Shown piece after piece: positions 52,796 through 61,800 of a stretch of DNA of 64,000 nucleotides. The notes below the pieces were generated by a model. The model worked only from the letters and a program-made list of their open reading frames with translations, did no database searches and was not told the DNA's origin. This DNA is from Gammaproteobacteria bacterium (GTDB lineage Bacteria > Pseudomonadota > Gammaproteobacteria > Xanthomonadales > Wenzhouxiangellaceae): NCBI GenBank assembly GCA_021772985.1, contig JAJFKX010000014.1:78481-142480 (forward strand), read 5' to 3'. Both the position numbers and the translations under genes were made by a program. Every line of letters starts with the position of its first letter. Within the stretch, counting starts at the first letter, position 1.

Positions 52796-53152
52796 ATGGA
52801 CTGGAACGAGTACACAAATATCTGTACCTATCGTGTAAAAGCAGGTGCAAGAGACCAATTTGTTGAATTACTTCGCAACCATTGGCCAACCCTGCACAAA
52901 AGCGGCTTAGCATCAGATACCCCGGCAATCTTCTTTGAAGCCGAGGTTGGAGATGAAAACCGCCACAACGAAACCGGAACAACCTTTGTAGAAATTTTCA
53001 GCTGGTCACGCCCTGATGGACCACAGCTGGCACATCAGATGCCTGCGGTGATGGCAGTCTGGGAGCCTATGGGTGGCCTGGTGGAAGAACGGGACGGACG
53101 GCCAGGCATGGAATTTCCACGTTTCCTTCCGCTTAATCTTCATGACCTATGA
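52796..53152 (+). CDS. Small cytoplasmic protein, possibly of the ABM/dimeric alpha-beta-barrel fold (tentative)
   Basis: 118 aa from ATG 52796 (GGGAGA SD); the track's TTG 52763 is unlikely. The fold guess is based only on size and the pattern YRVKAGARDQFVELLRNHW. Confidence 0.45.
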   Translation: MDWNEYTNICTYRVKAGARDQFVELLRNHWPTLHKSGLASDTPAIFFEAEVGDENRHNETGTTFVEIFSWSRPDGPQLAHQMPAVMAVWEPMGGLVEERDGRPGMEFPRFLPLNLHDL

Positions 53153-53447
53153 TCCAGCAAGTGACCTTGAAAATACCGAGCAAATATTTTCTGCGCTTGC
53201 GCACCAGTCCAGGCGTCATATCTTGCTGACTTTACATTTCCGTGGCGGCCAAATGAGCGCCGGGGATATTGCCAACCGATTTGCCTGCAGTTGGCCAACC
53301 ACAACCCGCCACCTGAACATTTTGCGCGTCTCAGGGCTGATTTCTGTCGACAAAGTCGGGCGAGAACGTGTCTACAAACTGGAACGGGAAAAACTAACCA
53401 AAACAATAGGCGAATGGCTCGACTGGTTTGAGCGTAAGCCGGAATAA
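53142..53447 (+). CDS. ArsR/SmtB-family transcriptional regulator
   Basis: IFSALAHQSRRHILLTL...MSAGDIANRFACSWPTTTRHLNILRVSGLI. ATG 53142 overlaps the upstream gene by 11 nt (ATGACCTATGA). Confidence 0.8.
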   Translation: MTYDPASDLENTEQIFSALAHQSRRHILLTLHFRGGQMSAGDIANRFACSWPTTTRHLNILRVSGLISVDKVGRERVYKLEREKLTKTIGEWLDWFERKPE

Positions 53448-53551
53448 AGCAAATCAGACCCCCACCTGTTCCTCTGGGTCGTGGGTGTATCAATGCATGC
53501 CTTCAAACTGAAGAAAACCCAAAACTTACTTTAAATAAAACGCAATGATGT

Positions 53552-53582
53552 AAGGAACTTCTGATTTAATCAGAGGTTCCTT
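53552..53582 (-). terminator. Strong 14-bp hairpin 2 nt after the KS gene stop; candidate terminator
   Basis: AAGGAACTTCTGAT-TTA-ATCAGAGGTTCCTT (one G-U pair). On the minus strand it is followed within about 10 nt by GTTTTATTT. Confidence 0.45.
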
Positions 53583-53584
53583 AG

Positions 53585-55387
53585 CTAATAACCCAGTTCA
53601 TTAAGCAAACCATCCAATCGCTCTGCCAATTCTGTGGTTGACTGATCAGCGTCGCTGTTAACAGTCGACAAGGAATCTTCAGCGGTAACGCCTGCCGCAA
53701 ACGGGTACCCGGGCAAACCAATCCGATGATAGACAGCTTTCGGATGGATGACCTTCCAATCGAATCCCGCTCCATCCTTTAGCCACGCCCCGACAACAGT
53801 ATCCGTCTTTGCATCCAGACTTTCTAAACGTTGCATAGATTCAAGCTGCATGTTTTCCGCCTCAATAAGTTTTTCCAGGGCCTGTGCCAGCTCAACCCGT
53901 GACTTGCCTGCCACCGCGACCCGCAATGGCCCATCAGTGCGGCTAAGATTAGTCGAATAACAAATATCACCGACATCTTCTGATGTACTCAGCAAAAAAT
54001 CCCGGTAAATATGAATCAGTTTATCCAGCGAATCCGAACTCCAGGCCGATAAGGTCAATACATGCTCTGCATGATCAACCGACTTGCTGGTCATCATTGA
54101 AACGTCCGGTGCTTCACTCAAAACCACATGCGCATTTGCCCCGCCAAAGCCGAATGCGCTCACCCCGGCAATCCGTTCATTCGACGCCGGCCAGTCGGTT
54201 AACTGCTGCACCAGTTCCAGCTTAACCCCATCGCGGGCAAAAAATGGATTGGGCTGCCGTACACCAACAGTGGCTGGTATCTGAGCATGCTTTAAAGCCA
54301 ACGCCACCTTGATTAACCCCGCCATTCCCGACGCTGCTTCCAGATGCCCGAGATTACCCTTAACACTGCCAATCAGGCAGGGGTTTTCCGCTTCCCGGTG
54401 ATTGCCGACGGCATTCTGCAACGCTTTCAATTCCAGCGTATCAGCCAACACCTGGGCCGCCGCCATGCTTTCGATATAGGTACTGGAATTTGGTGCCAGT
54501 CCGGCGTTGGCATAAGCACGCCTGATAACCTCAGCCTGCAATTTCGGATTGGGCGCAGTCAAACCGTTGGACAAACCGTTATGGTTGATCACGCTGCCCC
54601 ATAACACTGCATAAATTCGGTAACCCTGCTCCAGAGCATCTTCCAGGCGACACAACAACACCGCACCAGCACCCTCACCACGCAAATAACCGTCAGCTCC
54701 GGCATCAAATGGCCGAGAGACATCACCGGTCGATACCATTCCGGCCGCCTGCAGTGCACTGCTGACCTCCGGCAACAACATCACCGCTGAGGCTGCACAC
54801 AAGGCAAAATCGCATTCACTAAAGACCAGGCTCTGACGCGCACAATGCAATGCCACCAATGCCGATGAACATGCGGTATCCAACGCAATGCTTGGCCCGG
54901 TGGCATTCAGCCAATGCGAAACCCGATTGGCGGTCAGCCCGCTGGCTGTGCCGACCGTGCTATACAGATCAGCCGCGCCTGAAGCCCAGCTTAAAATCGA
55001 ATAATCATGCGAAGACACCCCGGTAAACACACCGGTAATGGCGGTTGCCAGTTCCTGTTTGGACAGACAGGCGTCTTCGATAGCCATCGCCGCTGTCTGC
55101 AACACCAGCCGCTGTTGCGGGTCCATCGCCCGTGCTTCACGTGGGGTAATCGAAAAATAATCACAATCAAAAGCGAATACATCATCCAGGAACCCACCCC
55201 GCCAATCCGGCTGCCCGGAAGGCTGAGGCCCGAATACGCGATCGTGCAAATCCAAACGCCCGGCCGGTGCGATACCGATGGCACTGCGACCTGAGCTGAG
55301 CAGATCCCAATAGGCTGCTGGAGAATCCGCCCCTGGAAAACGGCAGCCGATACCAATCATCGCAATGGGCTGCGTCGGGTTTGTCAT
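53585..55387 (-). CDS. Free-standing ketosynthase with the active-site Cys but a degenerate HGTGT motif (KS0-like), plus a ~170-aa C-terminal extension
   Basis: IAMIGIGCRFPGA, DTACSSALVALHCA (Cys at aa 190 of the track ORF), GNLGHLEAASG all present. YIESMAAAQVLADTLE (nt 54452-54472 encode ESMAAAQ) replaces Y(V/I)EAHGTGTxxGDPxE. ATG 55387 is preferred over the 55438 start. Confidence 0.85.
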   Translation of the reverse strand: MTNPTQPIAMIGIGCRFPGADSPAAYWDLLSSGRSAIGIAPAGRLDLHDRVFGPQPSGQPDWRGGFLDDVFAFDCDYFSITPREARAMDPQQRLVLQTAAMAIEDACLSKQELATAITGVFTGVSSHDYSILSWASGAADLYSTVGTASGLTANRVSHWLNATGPSIALDTACSSALVALHCARQSLVFSECDFALCAASAVMLLPEVSSALQAAGMVSTGDVSRPFDAGADGYLRGEGAGAVLLCRLEDALEQGYRIYAVLWGSVINHNGLSNGLTAPNPKLQAEVIRRAYANAGLAPNSSTYIESMAAAQVLADTLELKALQNAVGNHREAENPCLIGSVKGNLGHLEAASGMAGLIKVALALKHAQIPATVGVRQPNPFFARDGVKLELVQQLTDWPASNERIAGVSAFGFGGANAHVVLSEAPDVSMMTSKSVDHAEHVLTLSAWSSDSLDKLIHIYRDFLLSTSEDVGDICYSTNLSRTDGPLRVAVAGKSRVELAQALEKLIEAENMQLESMQRLESLDAKTDTVVGAWLKDGAGFDWKVIHPKAVYHRIGLPGYPFAAGVTAEDSLSTVNSDADQSTTELAERLDGLLNELGY

Positions 55388-55527
55388 TGGCTGTTGTTTC
55401 CCACTGCGTGATTCCTGTATGCGCCTGCCAGACAGCAACCACTGATTCTGAATGGAAAGTGTTTTTGTAGACTGTTCATGTTGTCACTTATCACTTGCAA
55501 CGGCCTGGTAAGAACATACGGACCCAC

Positions 55528-56757
55528 TCATATCGGTTGTGAAAAACGCATCGGCAAGTGCGCAAAACCACGCAGGTGCACACCACGCTCCCGAACACTT
55601 TGATCAGTCAACAGCACCGGGCAGCTCGAACCGGGTTTGACCAAACGCTGTAACACAGTACGCGCCGCCAACCGTGCGATATAGGCACCCAGGCAATAAT
55701 GCGGACCCGCACCGAACGGCAGATTGCCGGTCATGTTGCGCTCAAAATCAATTTGATCCGGGTTCACAAACACGGCTGGATCACGCAAACCGGCACCTAA
55801 AAACAAATGCATCCGCTCTCCCGCTTTGATGGTTTGCTCAGCCAGCACAGTATCCTGTTTCGCAACCCGAACAATTAACTGTACCGGAGTATCGTAACGC
55901 GCCAGCTCATCCACTGCTTTATCCAGCAAAGCATGCTCATTACTCAAACAATCCCAGGCCGCTGGAGCCATGGAGATCGCCAGCAGGCTATTGCCGATCA
56001 AATTCTTGGTGGTATCACGGCCGACACTCAACAACATGGTGACAAACGCCAGCAACTGTTCAGCCGGCCACACCAGCTCTGCCTGATCATTTGCCAGCAA
56101 CCGCGCCAAAAAGCCTTCGCTGACCAAATGCCGGTCAGATTGCGTAATCACCTGTTCCAGCAACAACTCCAGCTTAGCCAGCACCTGCCCAAGCTCGGCA
56201 TAACGTTGTGCCGATATGGGTTGTTGAAATACCGAAAAAATTTTGCTGGCCCAATGCGATACCTGTTGATCATCAACATTTTTGATACCCAGAAAGCGCA
56301 ACATCAGCCGGGTGGTCATAGGCACCGCAATATCGGTCATCACGTCCAGCTCTGTCTGGCCCCGAAAATCTGCCAGTAACTGCTCCAGCAAATTATCCGC
56401 TTCGGCTTGCCACTGTTCTACCTGTTGTCTGGAAAACGCCCGCGCTACACCGCTGCGCATCCGGGTATGCACAGGAGGGTCGACAAAAAATAACCAGCAA
56501 CGGACATTTTTCGATAGCCTGGCACGATCATCATGACCTTGTTCCGACCCGGAATGGAGAATGGTATTCGGCACATTATCGACGCTAAAGTCTTTGCTGC
56601 TTAGTACCGTGCGAATATCGGTATAACGGGTCAATATCCAATCGTTGCCACGTAAACCCAGGTGCGGCATCAGCGGCGAATCAGATCGCATCTGCTGATA
56701 ATAGGGATACGGATTATCGAGAAAATCGGCGCTGAAAAAATTAATCCCGCTGGGCAT
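55528..56757 (-). CDS. Cytochrome P450
   Basis: Haem-Cys loop FGAGPHYCLG; 409 aa. Confidence 0.9.
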   Translation of the reverse strand: MPSGINFFSADFLDNPYPYYQQMRSDSPLMPHLGLRGNDWILTRYTDIRTVLSSKDFSVDNVPNTILHSGSEQGHDDRARLSKNVRCWLFFVDPPVHTRMRSGVARAFSRQQVEQWQAEADNLLEQLLADFRGQTELDVMTDIAVPMTTRLMLRFLGIKNVDDQQVSHWASKIFSVFQQPISAQRYAELGQVLAKLELLLEQVITQSDRHLVSEGFLARLLANDQAELVWPAEQLLAFVTMLLSVGRDTTKNLIGNSLLAISMAPAAWDCLSNEHALLDKAVDELARYDTPVQLIVRVAKQDTVLAEQTIKAGERMHLFLGAGLRDPAVFVNPDQIDFERNMTGNLPFGAGPHYCLGAYIARLAARTVLQRLVKPGSSCPVLLTDQSVRERGVHLRGFAHLPMRFSQPI

Positions 56758-56801
56758 CGCAACTACTCGTTAATTATCGCTGCAACCAGGCTGACTATTT
56801 C

Positions 56802-58823
56802 TCAATCGCCATTGCTCACAACCAATCCTGACACATACCGGGAGGCTTCCTCAATACTCGGATATTCCCAGAACAAAGTGTCATCCAGCGACAATCGCAA
56901 AACCTGCCCCAATAACACCGTTATTTCCAATGCATCCGCAGAAGATATACCCAATTGTGCAAACGACGCGGTGATCGAAAGTCCGGACTCAGCTTGGCCG
57001 GTTTTACCTGCAATGCGTGCCCGCAACCAGGCACTGACCTGGGCTTCGGATGGCTGTTTCGGTAAACCGGCATCCGTCTCCGGCGCTTCCGAACCCTGCC
57101 CGCTATTGAGTTCCGAACGATACAATACTTCCACATCCGGCCTGGCAAATAACTCACTGCATTGCCAGTGCTGAACCTTGCCGCTGGTGGTGCGTGGTAT
57201 GGTGCCCGTCTGGCATAACACTACCAGGCTGACCGGTACTTCAATGTGTTTTGCCAGAATTGCCCGGATGTTATCTGCTACCGCCTGAGCATCCACTTCC
57301 CGGCGACGCTCACGACGCACTTCTGCAACCACTGCCAGGCACTCACCTCCTTCCAGCTGCAACGGAAATGCAGTAATGCTGCCAGCCAGCAGATCGGCAT
57401 CACAACCGGTCAGCCAGCCTTCTATATCTTCGGCAAACAGGTTCTCGCCACTGACGATAATCATATCCTTCAAGCGACCACGTAAAACCAGTTGACCCTT
57501 AATCCACACACCAATATCACCGGTGCGCAAGAACGGCCCCTCCCCTGAATTCAGATAAGCCTGAAATACCTGCTCGGTGACTTCCGGGTCACAATAATAA
57601 CCAGCAGCCACACATGCACCGGCAATCCATATCTCACCCTGGCTTCCGTCAGCACAGCGGGTACCGGCTTCCGGATCGACCACGATCACCTGTTGGCCTC
57701 CCAACGCACCACCACAGGGTAATGTCTCTTGTGATTGCGGCGGCGCATCCTGTTGTACAACTGACAATTGCCGATAAGCAGATTGCTGCGAAACAACCCC
57801 ACGGTCTACTCCGGTAACAATCAGGGTGCCTTCAGCCAGTCCGTAGCAGGGATAAAAAGCACTGGGGTCAAAACCGGCAGGGGCAAACTTTTTGGCAAAC
57901 CGCCGCATGGTTCCCGGTCTGACCGGTTCGGCACCGACATAGGCAATCCGCCAGTTGGATAAATCCAGGTCACCCAGCTCATCACCACTGCGTTGCACGC
58001 ACATTTCATAGGCAAAGTTCGGGCCGCCGCTGGTGGTCGCTTTAAATGTTGAGATGGTCTCCAGCCAGATGCGCGGATTGCGCAAAAACTGTTCAGGCGA
58101 CATCAAAATACAAGGTCGCTGCATGTAAAAAGGGTTCAACATATTTCCGATCAAACCCATGTCATGAAACAACGGCAACCAGCCCACCACCACTGCATCA
58201 TGGGTATGCCGGAAACCCTGTTCGATAAGCAATTGATTTTCGATAATATTGCGGTGAGTAACCACCACCCCTTTGGGGTTGCCGGTGGAACCGGAGGTAA
58301 ACTGCAACAAAGCCGGCGACTCGGGTGTAACCGCAGCTGCCTGCCAGGCCTGCGGTTCTGCAGGAATATCTTCCAGCACTACCCAGGTGACATTCGGTAA
58401 ACATGCCTCCAGGTCAATTCGGCGTTTCAGTTTTGCTAAAAAACCTCTTTCGGTGATCACTGTCCGGCTAGCGCATTTATCCAGAATCCGCTGCAAACCC
58501 TGCACCTGGGTGAGGTTGCGTGGTGCTGATACCGGCACCGCCGGCAGATTGGCATACTGACAGGCAAAAAATGCCTTCACAAAGCCACTGCCGGTCGGCA
58601 GCAACAATACTATCGGTGCTGATGTTAACTGCCGATGTTGCAGATAAGCGGCAATCCGGCGGGCTTCGCTGTCCACTTGCGCGTAACTGAGCTGATCTTC
58701 ACCGGATTCCGCATAGGGGAACCGATAAGCCGTTTGCTCAGCTGCCGCATCAGCACGCCGGCCGGCCAGTTCAACCAGCGTACCCGGAGTCCATACTTCC
58801 TTGTTGTGTTGTTGTACTTCCAT
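56802..58823 (-). CDS. Fatty acyl-AMP ligase (FAAL) fused to a carrier protein
   Basis: Adenylation cores FTSGSTGNPKGVVVTHRNI and GDIGVWIKGQLVLRGRLKDMIIVSGENL. C-terminal carrier FAQLGISSADALE. Confidence 0.9.
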   Translation of the reverse strand: MEVQQHNKEVWTPGTLVELAGRRADAAAEQTAYRFPYAESGEDQLSYAQVDSEARRIAAYLQHRQLTSAPIVLLLPTGSGFVKAFFACQYANLPAVPVSAPRNLTQVQGLQRILDKCASRTVITERGFLAKLKRRIDLEACLPNVTWVVLEDIPAEPQAWQAAAVTPESPALLQFTSGSTGNPKGVVVTHRNIIENQLLIEQGFRHTHDAVVVGWLPLFHDMGLIGNMLNPFYMQRPCILMSPEQFLRNPRIWLETISTFKATTSGGPNFAYEMCVQRSGDELGDLDLSNWRIAYVGAEPVRPGTMRRFAKKFAPAGFDPSAFYPCYGLAEGTLIVTGVDRGVVSQQSAYRQLSVVQQDAPPQSQETLPCGGALGGQQVIVVDPEAGTRCADGSQGEIWIAGACVAAGYYCDPEVTEQVFQAYLNSGEGPFLRTGDIGVWIKGQLVLRGRLKDMIIVSGENLFAEDIEGWLTGCDADLLAGSITAFPLQLEGGECLAVVAEVRRERRREVDAQAVADNIRAILAKHIEVPVSLVVLCQTGTIPRTTSGKVQHWQCSELFARPDVEVLYRSELNSGQGSEAPETDAGLPKQPSEAQVSAWLRARIAGKTGQAESGLSITASFAQLGISSADALEITVLLGQVLRLSLDDTLFWEYPSIEEASRYVSGLVVSNGD

Positions 58824-58869
58824 AGTAATTAACCTTTCTTTGTTGTCTCCATGACACCTACATCATTGT

Positions 58870-61800
58870 TTACGACCCGGCTGAGCGAATCCTTCGCTCT
58901 GGTGATAAAGTCGAAATTGCGCCCTTGATCACTGCTGCAACCTCCGCCACATGTGGCGCCATATGCATACTGATATGGTCGCCGTTGACTTGCTCCAGGG
59001 TAAACTGTGCAATCCGTTGCTGCCAGGCAATCTCCGGCGACGGCGGGTCAATACCGGCTCGTCGCTGGGCAGCTTTAATATAGACTACCGGAAAAGCATA
59101 GGGTTGGGCTGTATACGCTTGCATTGATTGCATATGTTGTTTGAGCACGCTTAAGTGTGCGTACAGATTGGTTGCTCCCCCACCAGCTTCATTTTGCATT
59201 TCCAGCATAGCCTGTACTGCGCTCGGGTCGGATTGCCCCAGCAGCATCTTCAACCAGCTGAATTCGGGCATCTGGTCTGCCAGGTAATGCAATAACTGTA
59301 GATCTGAGGAGAACCTGCCTGCGATTTCACCAGCGTCAGGCGTATCCAGCATTATCAATAAAGCAGGTGGCTTTCCTGCTGCTGCCAGTTGCTGGGCCAT
59401 TGCATAAGCGATCATACCGCCAAATGATGAGCCGCCAAGCAATTTCGGGGTAGTTCCCCGCGCTGACTTGATCTGCGCCAGATAATCAGACGCCAACGAT
59501 TCCACGCTTGCTGCTGTGCTGTCCAATGTCTGGATACCGGCAGCGCGTACAGCATAAGTATTGACTGTATCAGACAATAATCCAGCCAGCTCACGATAAA
59601 GATATACCTGACCGCCAATCGGATGCATCAAATAAAGCGGTTCACTGTTTGCCGTTTCACTATGCGCAAGAGCCACCAGCAACTGATCAGCGTCCGGCTG
59701 CCGGTCCCAGCTTTGACGATCTTCCAGATACGCCGCCAGCTCGCGGATGGTCGGTCGCTCCAGCAACGCGCTGGCAGCCACTCGCAAATTGATTTCGCTT
59801 TCAATCGCGGCGACTACCTGCAAGGCCTGCAGCGAGGTACCACCAAGCTCGAAATAATTGTCACACACGCCTACCTGTTGCAGCCTTAACGCCTGCGCCC
59901 ACAATAGACTCAAACTGGTTTCCAGTTCACCTTGAGGCTCCACCAGCACATTGTCCAGTGCCGGTCGTGGATAGCTGGCACCTGTCGATGCTGGTGCAGT
60001 GACTTTGCTTATCTCTATATCCGATTGAATTCGAGCATCCAGATCCACGGTGGAAACCAGCACTCGTTGGGTGGCACTGCTAACCAGCAAATCAAACAGC
60101 TCCAGACCTTCCAGGTTAGCCAGGCCACGTTCCCGCAAGCCCGCCAGGGCGGCACCAGCCACGCCATCAACTGCCGATTCTGCCGCCATGCCGACATCCC
60201 GCCAGGTGTCCCAGTTGATGCTGAAACAATCCACCCCGGGGAATAAATTGCAGTGCTCAGCCAGCGCATCCTGAAAGGCATTGGCTGCAGCATAGGCATA
60301 TTGACCAACTTCGCCGGTTACTGCGGAAATTGAAGAGAACAACACAACCCGGCCAATGCCATGGCTGGCCGCTGCCTGCATTATGTTCAAACTGCCTTCC
60401 AGTTTTGGTTTGAGAACACCGGCAATGGTCGTGGTTGAATGCAATTCCGCCAACTGGCCATCCACACTCCCGGCAGCGTGGATAATGGCTTGCGGCACGC
60501 CGAGTTTCTGCTTGATCGCACCCAGGCTTTGCTGCACAGCATCAACATCGGCCACATCCACAGCGTGATATAGCAGACCGGGTTGCAGTTCATTTAAATA
60601 CTGATAACGGTTTAACTGCTTATCACTGACCACTGTATCCAAACCATCTCCGGTTTGATCGTTAAGCGGGGTACGCCCGATCAGTGCAACTTTGCAGCCT
60701 CGGTTGGTGATCAGGTGTTCAGCCAGCAGCGCACCGATACCACCCAGCCCCCCGGTAATGACATATACAGCACCTGTTTCCAGCACCTCCGGCAACGATG
60801 GTGCCGGGTAACGGCAGAACGCCCTGGCCCAGCGCTGATCGTTTCGTCGTGCCATGCACAGTTCACCACCGGCATCCAGGCATTCCTGCAACAGTTGTTG
60901 TCCCTGCTGCGGGTTTTGCAGGAACGTTTTATCCACATCCAGCAAACGGCACTCAAGTTCAGTATGTTCACGCTGCAGCACCTGTAATGCACCACTGAAC
61001 ACCGCCTGCGCTGGCGCAGCATCAATTGGGTCGGTTACCGGCTGGTTGTTTTCAGTGACTACGCACAGTTTTACCGCGCTTGAATCGAATGCTGCAGCGA
61101 CCCTGGCAACCCTGCATAACGCCAGCGCAACAGACTCGCTTTCGGTGCTGCCCTGCAACTGCATAGCCCAACCATACAGAATATTACACGATCCACTAAA
61201 ACCTTCTGCCAGGCCTGCGCAAATCAGCTGCAACTGTTCTGGATCAGCCCCTTCCAGCACCAGCGTCAATGGTTTTAATTCCGGATCCATGGCTGTGCTG
61301 GTTTTAAAGATCACTACCCTGCAAGCTGCCGCCAGTAAATATTTCACCGCAGCCAGTTCCACAGCGGTTTCCTGCTCACTGACAAACACCACCCAATGGC
61401 TGGCGAGCAGTTGCTTTTCCGTCAACCTGGCCAAGCCCGACCGTTGCATCCAGGCAGGTTGATACAGCCACTGCGCGGCCGCGTTACGCCGTGTTAATGC
61501 CTGTTGCCGGTCGGCACCTGCCTGTGGACGCTGTATCCAGTAACGTTGCCGGCTGAACGCATACACCGGCAAATGTAATTTTTTCCGGTTGTGTTGCGGA
61601 TTGATACCATTCCAATCAAGCACACAACCACGCTGCCAGGCAAATCCCAATAACGCCAACAGTCGTCTGTCAGCAGCAACTTCAGGTTTAAATTCCGGAC
61701 TGGCAGTCACCAATACCGGCGCCAGCTCAGGATTATTGGCCATCACCAATCTGGTCAAACTGGCATTCAAATCCAATTCGATCACCACATCACTGGCGGT

